A stretch of DNA of 64,000 nt from Octopus sinensis (GCF_006345805.1 NC_043001.1:93186001-93250000), one strand, 5' to 3'. Shown: positions 42,441-56,930, numbered from the stretch's first letter. Numbers and translations are program-made. The notes: generated from the letters alone by a model not told the origin.

Positions 42441-42818
42441 CTTATTCTAAGATTTGTTGCCTCTTTAACCCGCTGTCCATCGAGAACTCGTTCTATTATT
42501 TGGCCGAAAACTTGTTGAATTTTGGCTAACATAACCCATCGGTTTATGTGTTATGTTTATTTTCAAAGACCTAAACGTAAATGCTTGAAACTGTTATGAA
42601 GTCGTCTCTCCAAAGTCACTCGATCTGTTAGAAATAGCAGCCGAAATTTCTGTCAAATTATGTTCTAGCGTTTTAAAATTAGAGACGCTAGGTAATATCG
42701 GACTGGATTCCCTGAGTATTAGAAATGAAGGAAGAGAGTCACGGCTACATAAAAATCTACTGACGCATTTATATCTCTCTTTACAATCTATCGCTCTTGC
42801 ACTCTATCCGTCTCTCTG

Positions 42819-42851
<33 letters not shown>

Positions 42852-42862
42852 CAATTAATTTT

Positions 42863-42947
<85 letters not shown>

Positions 42948-42962
42948 ACGTGTACAAACATC

Positions 42963-42994
<32 letters not shown>

Positions 42995-43220
42995 CACACA
43001 CACACACATATATATACTTACACACACACATACATATTCACGTACATGCATGGTTACACATACATATTCGGATGCGATTGTTCGTTAGACATACATACCA
43101 CGAAAACTAGATAAAAGAACTAAACACTAGTTAATCTAAGTTCATCTTTAGGCTGTGGAAAACAAAGAGTTCAAAAATAAAGGCGAGCGTGTTATTAGGT
43201 TTTGACTGTTCGTTAGATCT

Positions 43221-43256
<36 letters not shown>

Positions 43257-43914
43257 ACACACATACACGCACAGATCGAAACTCACACGTGAAACACGCA
43301 GGGACATACAAACACGCGTATACAAATACATTTATACTTTCATTGTTATATATATAAATACGTATATATTCAGATTGTATATGAGTATATCAAATCATAT
43401 CTATTTTTTCTTTAGTAGTTCGTAATATGCAGGGATAGACGCATTTCGTAAGGGGGTTTCAGCCAGTGTCAAATCAGTACAGTTGATACGGGTCAGTTAT
43501 TGAAGGAAATTGGCGCCGTTGGAGAACCAGGGAGGGATACAATGTTCGGATTCATCTTATTCTACACAGACATTGCTTACATATACACACACCTACTTAT
43601 ACACTCACAGAAACATGGAGACACTAAGGAGTTAATATACGCACACAAGCATGTTTGTGTTATACGCGTATGTGCACACGTACATAATTATGAACGCGAT
43701 TCGAAAATAAAGATTCACACACACGTAACTTTATATTTATCAATGGAGTGTGTATACACGTGCGTGAGTGTGAACTTACACAAATAAATAGGTAGATCGA
43801 TAAACACACACACACATATACAGACACACTTATATATGTATATATATATGAATATGTATGAATACATATATATACATACATATATATATATATAAATATA
43901 TATATATACTCTCG

Positions 43915-44007
<93 letters not shown>

Positions 44008-44221
44008 CCTATCTATCTGTTTCTGTTTCTGTGCTTTACATATAGATGCACTAAGTAAACTAGTATGTTATACGAAGAGCTGTGAAAGTAATTACAAATG
44101 GGAGAACGGCGACGCCATTGCATGAATGATGATTGCTTCACGAATGACTTCGGAAGTGAATGCTTGACTTCGATACTGGATTGAAGCCATCGAATGTAAC
44201 GCGAAAGTTTATTATTGGTAT

Positions 44222-44230
44222 ATAATAATG

Positions 44231-44327
<97 letters not shown>
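44222..44327. repeat. (TAA)n microsatellite
   Basis: Directly visible. Confidence 0.95.
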
Positions 44328-44328
<1 letters not shown>

Positions 44329-44660
44329 GCACATCTGTGACAATATAATTAAGATGAATGAGTTGTAGAAAAAATGTAGAAAATAAATGGAACAGGAGAA
44401 ATATATGACGTTCAAAAAGTCAATGAATGGTAGCAAAAATACTTTTTACTTGTTTCAATCATTTGACTGTGGCCATGCTGGAGCACCACCTTTAATCAGA
44501 TAAAAGGAATATAAATAAATAAACGATTAAATATTAAAAAAAATTGTGAGATCGATGTTGTGATTGTTATTGAATAGCAGGCTAATCTTGATATAGCAGA
44601 TCTATGTGCAAGGATATTGTACCCGCGACCATCCCATCTTCTTGTAAATCAAGGACAGCA

Positions 44661-44865
44661 TTATTTTCTTATTTCTTTACTGCCCACAAGGGGCTACACA
44701 CAGAGGGGACAAACAAGGATGGGCAAACTGGTACTTATTTAATCGACCCCGAAAGAATGAAAGGCAAACTCGACCTCGGCGGAATTTGAACTCAGAACGT
44801 AGCGGCAGACGAAATACCGCCAAGCATTTCGCCCGGCGTGCTAACGTTTCTGCCAGCTCACCGCC
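44661..44865 (-). mobile_element. SINE family B with LINE-like 3' tail
   Basis: Head GGCGGTGAGCTGGCAGAAACGTTAGC...TTCTGAGTTCAAATTCCGCC (A/B-box-like); tail TTGTCCCCTCTGTGTGTAGCCCCTTGTGGGCAGTAAAGAAA. Confidence 0.9.
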
Positions 44866-45934
44866 TTTGATCACTTTGAAAACATTATTTTCTATCATTT
44901 TAATGCAAGACATTAAGGTGAACTTGGGAGAAATTTGGCTGCTATTTCTAACAATGTTTTGCGGCTACGCAGAGGCTTCCTCCTTAGCTATGTAAACCGT
45001 GAAGTGTTGAAATAGTAGATAACATGTCTGCTAGTTATATAAAGCTTACAAAAGTTTTTAATAACCTTGTATGAGATTTCATACAAGTTATACTGAAGTG
45101 AAGATCTACCAAGGGACACATGTAGAAAGAAAGTGTAAAAGAAAAAAGTTAAAGTACATTAAGTCCACAGCGGGATGTATCCCTCTTTATGCATGTTGTT
45201 TTTAGTTGGACTACTGATTTGTCAACGCTACTGTTCCTTCTTTACGCTCAATCGGTGCTCTGCCAATCTTTATGCTCGTATATACCAAATGAGTGGAATA
45301 GGGCTGCCCAGGGAGAAAACGCACCTAGAGGACTTGGAATCCAACCATGTTATGGTGGAGAGCCCAGTTGCATAACCACTCGACCTTGTACCTTCGATGT
45401 GCAGAAATAACCAGCGTTAGCTCAAGTCGGATAACTGCCATGATTCGAATTGACAGCACCCTCGTTCGACTGCAACCAACGAATGCAACAACGGCGTAAC
45501 GAGGAAAGTCCTCATTTCGTCAATCAATCTACTGGAACTAAGAACCGGAATGCTTCTGAAACCACACCCTACTATTTAGAAACATTGGGTAATGTAGTCC
45601 TTGATATACGAAACGATGCGAGGGTCATGGTTGGCGCATGTTTGATTATAGGAATACTCGATCGAATTTGATCTGTAGCTATGCAAAACAACACAAGCTG
45701 ATTAATATTAGTCTCGCAACACCGTGTCATTGAGAATATTCAAATCATGCCAGGCATAACAGTGTTCGGTATATATCTCAATACGTCACGCTACAATACT
45801 CACCAAATTAAGCACAAGCACACGTATACGTATGTGTAGGAATAGGAAACAATGGGATACTTGTGAAGAATGAATATTTCATCTATCTTCGTTGTTTCTA
45901 TTAAGCTTTCACAACACTGATAGCAACAACAGAC

Positions 45935-46010
<76 letters not shown>

Positions 46011-46564
46011 ATATATATATATGCATAATATATGCGGGTATATATTTATACACACATACACACACACATATGTATATGTTATATATATGTATAAATAACA
46101 TATGCATATATAAATGCATATATATATATATATATACATATATGTATATTTATTTGTATACACATATATGCGTGCGCGCACGTGTATGTATGTATACAGA
46201 GTCAATAACTACAATAATGATCTAAGAGTTGCAAGGGTAATTGGGAATAATTATGAAAACACAAATCAAAGAAATTTCTTTATCTCTTACTGATCGTGTC
46301 GGCTCTTTTCTCCGTGTAGATGTGCTGGGCGAGTTCATAGATGCTTGAGGTCAGTCGACTGACACCTAAGAAGAGAAAAGAAGAAATATTAGTCGGACTG
46401 ACAGCTTTATTTGATCATAGATACACAAATAAACTAAATGTCGAGTAGATGAATAAATAACTGAATAGTGATTATACTGTTTTGTAGCCGAAAATCAAAT
46501 GTTTAAGGGAAAACTTCATCTTAATTGAGTATTAAATAACTAAAATGTGTGATTATTTATGTAT

Positions 46565-46958
46565 ATATATATTATATAAAATCCGTTCTGTCTGTGTGTG
46601 TGTGTGTGTATCTTCTAGGATCTCGGGCATCCTCCATCCGATTGTGTTCAAATTTGATATGTAGATACCGATGGTATCAGGGCGTATATAAGTCTTTAAA
46701 AAAATCACAAAAATCGATTCCAAGTGAGAATGCGATCGATAAAGCCGTGGGAACATGCTTTTGTACGCGCAAGTACATCAGCTATTGCGATTGATACTAC
46801 GCGTGCGCGAGAAAAATGCACTTGCTGTTTGAGCAAAGAAAGCTGGCTGACTTGAAATAATGCCACAAAATGGGCCGATCGGAGAAGTTGTTTTGAGAAA
46901 ATTTGGCTTAAATGTTTGACAACTCAGCACCGTCCATTGGACGGCGGGCGTTTTGCCC

Positions 46959-46960
<2 letters not shown>
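46565..46960 (+). mobile_element. Non-autonomous Helitron-like element between (TA)n tracts
   Basis: 5' TCCGTTCTGTCTGTGTGTG; 3' tandem GC hairpins CCGTCC-ATT-GGACGG and CGGGC-GTTTT-GCCCG; no CTRR end visible. Confidence 0.55.
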
Positions 46961-47028
<68 letters not shown>

Positions 47029-48964
47029 TATATATATTATATATATATATATATATATCACAGCAGAATTCATCCTATTTCTCCGGACTGCCACGTTAGT
47101 TTGGCAATATATATATTTATGTATGTGTGTGTGTGTGTGTGTGTGCGTGCGTGCTTGTGTGTATGTGTATGTGTGTGTGTATGCATACATATGTATATGT
47201 GTGCATATTTAATTTAATGTCATGTAGGGCAGGCAGCCAATAGTTAACTTAGTGCTAACATATTCATTATGGGTACATTAAGAAGAGAATTACAGAGGGT
47301 CTATAGAATGAGAGAAAACTATTCTAATCAATAACTTATGATATTATTTAATTACTTTTGTCAGTATCAAAGGGAACTATAGGCAGCTTTTGGTATTATT
47401 CTGACCTCAGCAGTGAATCATGGCCGCGTAAATATACATTGACTACCGTAGGAAAATAGAATTACTTTAAAGAATAAATAATTCGAAGACTCCATCTACA
47501 CCAATCCACACATGTGCGTACACACGCACTCTGCTGTGCACACATAAGTGAGAATTTGATGAAGGAAAGCTACTCAGTAGTGGACGTAGATTATAATTAT
47601 TTAAAATTGGTCAGCCAAAGCTGAGTGACTGAAACTGCCAGTTTCAACAAAAGCTACTACGTATATTTTCACGGACGGAATATACGCTTATGATTGGTTA
47701 CTAGAGTACGAAATATGATCTCGGAGAATATCCTTACGGAAGACATGCAATGAAAGCTAGAAATAAATATAAAATTGTCAATATTGACAAGCGTATAATA
47801 TTTTCATGATCAAAGATGAAACTATCTATCTTGGAATGACCTAATTTATTTATAAACACTTTGAAGAAACGTGGATTTTGCATCACTGAACTATTTCATA
47901 TGATCCACTTTTACACTAAATTAGGCGTCTGAATGTATCTCAAATTGTCGGAATGTCATCAAAGCTCCGTTAATAAGCATAAAGAAAGGAAATCCTGATT
48001 TACCAAATGAAGCTTCCCTCTATCAAAGATCCATCTCCTCTTTAACCGTTATAACATCAATTGCCTGCTTTTGCTCAATTCCCACCTATGAGAATAGTTC
48101 ATCATCGTATATGACATATTGCGTGAGACCCAGTTAGAAATTTAAACTTTCAGTTACGAAAGCCACACACTTATATAGACAGCAATTTACACATCTATAA
48201 ACAATTCAAATACAACTATAACTCCATTTATTACAGTACACATACAGATAGACACATATTAATTCATACACACATATCATTACACTCATGTTGCATAGAA
48301 AATAAGCTAAACATAGAACTACATTCATATTCATGCGAATAGAAATTCGAACACACACAGAGACGTATACACACATACAAACATAACGCATACGCACATA
48401 CATACATAAACACAGATAACTGTTGAGAGAATTAAATTCTTTGCCTTATAAGCAATTCATATAACTTGCCAAGACGAGAGTTGAACTTTAGCCAGAAGAA
48501 GAAATGTCGATCGTAACTGTTAAGATATAATGTAATTGATATTAAGCCGGTTATTTTGTCTCCAACTTCAGAGATGTCAGCTGTAGTTTTGTGGATTGTC
48601 ACTGAGTGACAGACACTCATAACTTATTCATAACTCATCGACGCCATTACTTAATACTATGGCCAATACAGCTGCAGTTTTATTATGCAGACATCCGTTA
48701 TAGTAATGATAATGATGTGTAAAAAGGAAAAGAATGACGATGAATAAAATTATGATAAACAGATTTTACTCGATATCCTCGTAATTTTAATTTCCCGAGT
48801 TCAAATTCCACCCGAATTAAGTTTGCCTTTCGGTCACCCGTCTGTTGGAATAAATAATAACCAAGAACCGAATCGATTTTAAATGAATATACTTCCTTTC
48901 TGGCGCTAAAATCCGCAACATTATCTGCTAACATCTATAGCAACGACAAAAAAAAAGTAATAAT

Positions 48965-49157
48965 TACTTCTAATTTAGGTACGAGGCTACCAATTTTAAG
49001 GGAAGTGAGCTAGCCGATATTATCGAACCCCTATACTTGTCTGGTACATTATTTTATGGACCCCGTTTGGGGTGAAAGGCAGAGATGACCCTGATGAAAA
49101 TTGTTCTCAGTTCGTTGAGGAAGAACAAATGCTGCAAGACATTTTTCAGACGATTTA
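48965..49157 (-). mobile_element. SINE family B (degenerate)
   Basis: TAGGTACGAGGCTACCAATTTT...GACCCCG...GAAAGGCAGAGATGACC...AACGATTCTGCTAGCTCGC. Confidence 0.7.
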
Positions 49158-49188
49158 ACGATTCTGCTAGCTCGCAATAATAATAATA

Positions 49189-49223
<35 letters not shown>

Positions 49224-49256
49224 TTAATAATAATAATAATAATAATAAAAGTAATA

Positions 49257-49912
49257 ATTATATTCACTGGGTAATTTGCAAAAACCTGGATTTGTCCCAT
49301 GAAAAAACTGGTGGGAACACAAACCACCTCCAGTGCTTGAAAATGACCACATCTCACTCCTCTGAAACTTCACCATTCAAACTGACAGAAAGATAGATGC
49401 GAATAGGCCAGACATCATATTGAAAGACTTCAGACAAAGAACATGCCTCCTCATTGATATGACTGTCCCAATCGATGTAAACGTATCTGTCAAGACCTAC
49501 CAAAAACTGAGCAAATATAAAGATCTTGAAATAGAAATCAGCAAAATGTGGAACCTGAAGACTAAAACAATATCTGTTGTCATAGGTGCCCTGGGAATGA
49601 TAGCAAAAGGGGCTGATTGCTACCTAACTCAAATACCAGGAAACCCCAAAATGGCAGAAATTCAAAAGATAGTGCTCATGGGAACTGCTCATATCCTACG
49701 CAAAATACTTTCTATGTAATCTCAAGTTTTAAACAAACATAATTTTCGTATGTTTTTTTCTTTTTAGACATTCACTAGTACAACACTAAATACAAAACCA
49801 AATATATGGCACACTAGGCATAACAACAACATGAACTTCCAACCTGTTGTCTCTTGAGGTCTCTGGGTGAGACTTGGAGTCAACTTGTACAAATATAAAG
49901 CAAAAGTCAAAC
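49257..49912 (+). mobile_element. 5'-truncated R4/Dong-like retrotransposon: RLE domain plus 3' UTR, in (TAA)n
   Basis: IHWVICK...WWEHKPPPVLEND...TIQTDRKIDANRPDIILKD...LLIDMTVP...KLSKYKDL...VVIGALG...ILRKILSM-stop (PD-(D/E)xK restriction-like endonuclease); (TAA)n on both sides. Confidence 0.92.
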
Positions 49913-49960
49913 ACAATAATAATAATGATGATAATGATAATTTCTTTTATAATAATAATA

Positions 49961-50200
49961 AGCAGTTCCGGTCGATGAAAAAAGGTGGTAATAGTACCAA
50001 TAATTGTCGGAGCCCTGGGAACAGTGAGTAAAAATCTCGAGAAGTACATGGAACAAATAGGGGCTGCAATAAAGGTGGAACACTTGCAGAAAACAGCACT
50101 GCTTGGAACCGCTCGAAAAATAAGAGGTGTTCTCTTAGTTCACTGCTAGTGAACAGCTGGCACCGTAGTACATCTCCAGCCTTAGAAGCTGTGCAAAGGC
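49961..50200 (+). mobile_element. Second RLE retrotransposon 3' end (different subfamily)
   Basis: MKKVVIVPIIVGALGTVSKNLEKYMEQIGAAIKVEHLQKTALLGTAR, then a short UTR and (TAA)n. Confidence 0.88.
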
Positions 50201-50284
50201 AATGATAATAATAATAATAATAATAATAGTAATAGTAATAATAATAATAATAATAATAATGATAATAATAATAATAATAATAAT

Positions 50285-50361
<77 letters not shown>

Positions 50362-50366
50362 TAATA

Positions 50367-50460
50367 AGAAAGTAACTGTCATTCCAATAGTTGTTAATGC
50401 ATTGGGGACATTAACAACGAGATTTGAAAAATTTGATGGAGAAACTGGGATATTTATATA
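50367..50460 (+). mobile_element. Third RLE retrotransposon fragment
   Basis: RKVTVIPIVVNALGTLTTRFEK directly after (TAA)n. Confidence 0.7.
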
Positions 50461-50854
50461 AGCATCATCATCAACAATGACAGCAAAGACGTTACACTCA
50501 TGAAAGAGAAGCAGGCGCTTTCATTGCTCAAAGACTTAAAAAGTGTTGCATGGCTGCTATGTCAGTAAATGACAATAGCAGTATTTTTACAGCAACACGA
50601 CCAAAACTATCACAATAGCAACATTACATTAAATAACATATAAAAATACCCCAAATATCACAACATAATATTACACCATGTTAAGAAAATAATATTCAAT
50701 CTGAATAGGAGTTATCATGGGAAATATAAACAAAGAAACTGCTTGTGGAGACACCTATAACCAGATTGATGGACGGAATACCTATCTCTCCATAGTTACA
50801 AGGGAAGTAAGCCTTTTTAACCTTCCTCCTCCTGTCTAACTTAGCCTTATTTTA

Positions 50855-51660
50855 AGTAGACAGTATTAATGCTCGTGACATGGGATTACCATAGAAGTAG
50901 GGGTATCTGATCTACAATATCAGATTACTAGATATAGATATGGTGGCCATCAAAGAGACCAGAATTTTCCAGTCAAGAGTTGGGACACCCATTTTCGGTA
51001 GATACATAATGTACACACATCTAAATCGACCAGAATTGTGAAGTGGAGTGTTTGTATTATTCGAAAGGGCCTGAGGCTCACGATACCAGTTATTTTTCTG
51101 TACTCAGAAAGTTGGTGGTCCTGGGTGTGAGCCGTGGCGAAAATATTGCCTTCAGACTAGTAGTTGTATACATCCCTACAGACTTAGAAAATCAGATTTT
51201 TTCGGACAGTTTCCCTTGGATAGTTTTGCACTTTCGTGTTAGTGGAGACTATCTTGGATGCACATTTTGACTACATGAGACAAGGTTGCAAAATCCTCAA
51301 AAACCTCTTCAGACTTTACTACTGCTGACCGATGCCGAAAGGATTACCTGAATGTGCCAGTGTAGACATAAAGAAACTGTATCGGGCCATCTATATTATT
51401 TGTAGATAGGGTATTCAGTTGTCAGTAGATGAGAATAACATAAGTTGTCTTCAGTTAAGCATCATTGTCTAAACTGATCTCAAATTTGTGATTTGTACAG
51501 TCGACCTAAATGAGCTTCGCATCCAGGAACTTAGTAAAAGGAAGTGAATGCGTCTCTTCCGGTGCAGCAAGCTTCCAGAAACCGTATTTGGCGAATTAGC
51601 TAGGCGGGCGTTGATGGTGGGCGACAATCACCAGACACGAAATTTGGTTCGCATTGTAAA
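50855..51660 (+). mobile_element. Degenerate L1/Tx1-type APE endonuclease region
   Basis: SINARDM, DIDMVAIKETR and KLVVLGVSRGENIAFRLVVVYIPT motifs with frameshifts. Confidence 0.6.
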
Positions 51661-51675
51661 GGCCTTTCCTCTCAC

Positions 51676-51806
<131 letters not shown>

Positions 51807-51849
51807 AGTATTACCTTTCTTTGCATAACAGACGGACAGAACAGCCAGA

Positions 51850-52055
51850 CCGCAGTTAATCCAAACATGAAAACACGAAGAGAAAACACAACAACCCGAG
51901 GTCATGGAACAAGTATAATGTTATTGGACGCTCAGGAAAGGAAAGAAAGAAGGAGGATTTAACGTCTCGAGCGGAGCTCTTCGTCAGAAACATAGAAAAA
52001 GGAAAGATCCAAGGAAGGGAAGACGGAGGAAAAAATTGCCAACGATACACACGCG
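51850..52055 (-). mobile_element. Penelope pLTR-like repeat with mutated minimal HHR (51957-51991)
   Basis: Minus: GUUU-CUGACGA-A-GAGC-UCC-GCUC-GAGAC-GUU-AAAU (GAAA changed to GAGA); homologous to 60305-60495. Confidence 0.7.
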
Positions 52056-52857
52056 AGACATACAACTCAATGATGATTGAAAAATTGGACGTCTACAATT
52101 ATGCTTAACATGTTTGTGTACTCTGAAACTGTGAAAAGTCCTCCATTACGGAAAATGTCTTTGGAACACCATTCTTCTTCACAACAATGCGTGTGATAAA
52201 GCAAAAAAAAAAACAACAAAGAAACACTGAGCCTAAAATGGCGCTTTGCGTCATAGTTTATGCGTCGTAACGTTTCATCAGCTTTAGATACCGAATCCGT
52301 CATAGGCCACTATGAACCGCCGCTCTTATATTTAAACAACAAATATTACATTTCCTACATTTCCTAGTTGCCTCAGATGTTTTATTTATCACTTTCCCTC
52401 ATAGTGTGATTATGTTCCATTTCCTTTATATTGTAGTTCTTCTCTTACTACCTGGACCTTTGTTTCTCTACTTTTCTGACAACTCCGCATCACTCCTCTA
52501 TTCTTTCTTTTTATTTTATACATCAATATTATCTCGTTTGGTAATTTTTTCACATCCCCGTTGATTTGCTGAAGACACTTCTCTTTCTTCGTTTCCCACT
52601 TCTCCATGTTGAATCGTTGCTTCTCTCGCTTTTGTTGTTGTTTTCTTCATCTGTTTTTTTAATATTTACTTCTTGGTATTTTTCTTTTTCTCTTCCACGT
52701 CCGCCTTCTTTCTAATTCCAGCCTCACCACTATCCCTAGCGTCATTAGAACCACCATCAATATTACGTTTACTCTACCAATTCACCTCCTATCCACCTTA
52801 TACTTCACATCATCAATGGCACCGTCACCGCCGTCTTTGCCATCACCACCACTACCA

Positions 52858-52858
52858 C

Positions 52859-52935
<77 letters not shown>
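52858..52935. repeat. (CAT)n microsatellite
   Basis: Directly visible. Confidence 0.95.
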
Positions 52936-53490
52936 GTTTCCTCTCTTCTTCACCATCTTACAGTGACAAATGAATTGATGTATTAAAATGTTAGGCATTA
53001 ACCCGGATCAAAGGGTATTATCTATGAAAGCAATATGGAGATATGTAGAGGCGGAGTTAAAATGACTAAGCGATGTGGAGAAAACGGCAGAGAGGAAAGG
53101 AAAGCGAGAGCAAGAACATGATAGATACATAGAGTAACAGAGAGAGAGAGAAAGACCACGAGAGGGTGTACATGAGAGAGAATCTGTATGAGAAAGGAAG
53201 AATAACATGGCTAGAAGATAGCTGCACGAGTGTTGCTCAGATTAAATCAAACACCATCCACAGTTTAATCTGATATGTTACTGTCAGATTCCATTAAATG
53301 GTTATCCCTATTCAAACACCCGTATCTATCCATTCATATCTATGCATATGCATGTTGGTTTATTTGCCAATCTATTTGCTGTCTGCCTGTCTAGTTACGT
53401 ACGTATGTACGCACGTGTGTATGTACCAAATGTTTGCATGTATGTCGGAGTGTAAGTATGCATGTATGCACGTAATATTTGCATGTAAGT

Positions 53491-53725
53491 AAGGCAGGAA
53501 GTCGGTAGAATTGTTACAGCACGCCGGGCAAAATGCTTCGTGGTTTTCGTTTGTTTTTACGTTCTGAGTTCAAATTCTGCCAGGGTCGACTTTGCTTGTC
53601 ATCATAACGGTGTCGATAAAAAATTTAAAAAATGAAAAGCGAAAAATAATTAAGCACTTGGATCGATGTAATCGACTGGCCTCCTTCTATGAAATGTCTG
53701 GCTTAGTGCCAAAATTCGAAATCAA
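53491..53725 (+). mobile_element. SINE family B
   Basis: CACGCCGGGCAAAATGC...ACGTTCTGAGTTCAAATTCTGCCAGGGTCGACTTTGC...GATGTAATCGACT...GGCTTAGTGCCAAAATTCGAAATCAA. Confidence 0.8.
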
Positions 53726-54645
53726 TATTTGCATGTATATATCTAATATTTTCATGTTATGTAAGCATGTACGTATGTATTTTTAAATGTATAAACTTAA
53801 TATTTGCATGTAGATGTGTATGTTCGATTATATGTATGTACATAGTGTCAGGATACTCATCTCAGTACAGCATGTGAATGATTAGATCGTCACCGACTAT
53901 ATCAGTAACCCCACCAAGTTTGCTTGTTGAGAAGAGTAATTTTTGAAAACATGAGGGATTAATATCAACATCTGTCAAACTGGTGAATTCAGAAAACTCA
54001 ACGTCTATTCAATAGTGTGTATTTATGCATGTACATATACATATATATGTATATACAAATATGTGTATTTTTACAAGTGTTTGCAGATGCATATGGAATA
54101 CGATTCTTTTAATAGATAGCTGCAGTGCTTGTTGCCCCTTTTGATTTGCGTTGCTAACAAAATGACTCTGAACATTCAGGAAATTTTCTTCGGAGTGTTC
54201 AAGCATTTATCGATATAAAATCTAATGTGCTGATTTTTTTGTGTCTGGACTTTTTGAGGCGCATATTAAAAGTCGAACTTGTCAGCACCACAAACAGAGA
54301 GTAGACCTTGCTTTACGTTGGTCGGGGTATATGGCCTCTGCAAAAATGAAATACCGACATTTCGATAGTTTCCATACCCGTTAGAGTGCAATGAAAGTAT
54401 AGAAAAGGTACGAACAGTGGTGATCTTTCGATTGCCCGCGGACCTGCATTCCTCGTTTAGATGCCATTAGTGTCATGTAGGTGGAGTTTGGGTCTTGGCA
54501 TATTGGGGTATCTTCACCATTGTGAAAACTCACAACAAAAAGAGAGAATAGCAAGTAAATTATACACACTAGTGAGTGAACAGCTGCCATGTTGGTATCA
54601 AATTTATTATATATCTTACTACATATGTCGGTTACTCAGAAGACG

Positions 54646-54815
54646 GCGAGTTGGCTGGATCGTTAGCATGCCGATAAAAATGTTTATCAACATTTCGTCT
54701 AACTTTACGTTCGGTTTTCGAATTCAACCGAGGTCAACTTTGCATTTTATTCTTTCAAGGTTGACAAAATGTGTACCAGTTGATCACTGGTGTTGTGCAA
54801 TCGACTGGATCCCTC
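54646..54815 (+). mobile_element. SINE family B (degenerate)
   Basis: GGCGAGTTGGCTGGATCGTTAGCATGCCG...CCGAGGTCAACTTTGC...GTACCAGTTG...CAATCGACT. Confidence 0.75.
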
Positions 54816-56026
54816 CTTCAAGATTTCAGATCCTGAACCTACAGTAAGAAGGATATTTAGATATCCTTGGGTAGAATCTTATTATGAGTGTCTAATGTAT
54901 TTTCTCTTTTGAGGAGAAGGAAAAGAGCAATATATTTTCCTTCTTAAAAATCAATGATACTATTCAAATACAGACAAAGACTATCTATATTAGAACTGAT
55001 ACGTCGGAGCTGATATTCAAATAATCTACCCACACGAATATTTTTGTTGCCTACTTTCGATTTTGAATTCTGCAATAATTTTGAACAGAAACAGTGCGTT
55101 GAAAGCAACATTGTTATATCAGGGAAGAATCATAATATATAAATCTACCATTATAAAAACTCACCACCTGTTGTTTATCTTAGAATATATTTCACATCTT
55201 TTTTTGTTTCGAACTTCCTGAAAATAATGAAACACTATCCTCCGCAGAATGTCTGTTAACTGCAGTGTTAAGAATATGGTTATTTTGCTTTCTGATTTAT
55301 TACTGGTAGAATATGTAGAAGACAGTGTGACTAAAAGTTTCATATTTATTTCTGTATTAACTCTATAACTGGGAATCGTGTCTAATGTTTACACATTGGC
55401 GTTAAATTAATGCTGACTTATGAAATAACCATCTTTATGGATTTAATCAAGACACTTATGTTGCTTAAAGATTCATTTGCAACTAAAATTAAGAATAATG
55501 AAGAATCGATAAGATGTCAGACAGGCTATTGAAGACTAGCTGCTTCTTATCACGACAGGAGTGATGCATTATATCTATGATCAAAATGCTATAACAAAAA
55601 TGACTATGTCCACCTAATAACAATTAAGTACAGTCTCTAGGAACCGCTTAGCATTATAAACGCTATTGACTAGAAGCATGGAAAAAGTGGGAACCAAAGT
55701 CGAAGCAACGATGGGTTTGATCTCATTACCGCTACACACTGAACTTAAACAAGATGAGAACCAAATGCATTTGTGTGTTACATTATGTATATGTTTAATA
55801 CTCTGCACATCACCATACTTATTTTATACATGCTAACGCTATGAAGAATAATATAGTGGTTTGTACTCAGAACGAATAGTGACGTAACAACAAACTAAGC
55901 CGTTTAATTTCGCACTCCTGTTACTCAGGATTAAGAACAACTGAAACCAAAACATCGTTTCTACAATCACCGTAAATGCATACACACACACACGCACACA
56001 CACACACACGCACACACACACACACG

Positions 56027-56085
<59 letters not shown>

Positions 56086-56810
56086 CAGAGGCGACTCCAT
56101 GTCATCAGCTTCACTCCGGTTCACAAACTTCGCGTAAGACGCATGCCTGCTGGAAGAATTTCACGTTTTCCCGCAACATTTCTATCCCCAAATGGCCAAT
56201 TTTTTTTTTATATCTAACACTATGTCTTTCTCCATTTCTAGGTTAAGGGTAAAAATAAAGCAATCCTGCAAAGCACAACTGATCTTTACACATAGACGCA
56301 CAGAATAACAGCGGGATGTATAAAAAACAACAGCGATCTGACTGTCACTTGCACTTTTGACAAGAGATGCCACTTAGTTTTTTACACCTACCAGGCTCGT
56401 TCTTATTAACCCGAGTTGCTGGATATTTTTTCGTTCCTTTAAGGATATTGTAGAACGGAAACTTTTCATAGATTGGAATTTTAATCCCAATCTCTATAGA
56501 AATTTATTGTTTCAAGAAAAAAGTGAATTTGAATTACTTAAGATTTTTACGATTATAGATAACAATCCGGGTTGTAACTTCTGAGTTGGAATCAGGCGCG
56601 TGTGAATGATGTCGAGAGAACCTCTGCTACAAATGATATTTTTTGACACAGTGCACCTCTAAGACACCGCCAGACACTGAAAGAAAATAAATTACCTGCG
56701 ACCAGGCTCAATAAAAGGAGCCCGAGTTACTGGCTGCAATTACATACTTGATATTAGTGTTGGCAGAAATTAATTCAGCTTCCAAATACACGTTCACTTT
56801 ACTAAATTTA

Positions 56811-56840
56811 CACTCGGGCTAAGCTCGAACAGCCCGAGTG
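56811..56840. repeat. Perfect 10-bp GC-rich hairpin
   Basis: CACTCGGGCT-AAGCTCGAAC-AGCCCGAGTG; AGCCCGAGT also occurs at ~56720. Confidence 0.85.
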
Positions 56841-56877
56841 CCGGAGTCGCCATTGATATGTATACACACACACACAC

Positions 56878-56930
<53 letters not shown>

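Noticed and set aside
52673-52966. Poly-His ORF
   Set aside because: Translation of (CAT)n with no domain or splice support.
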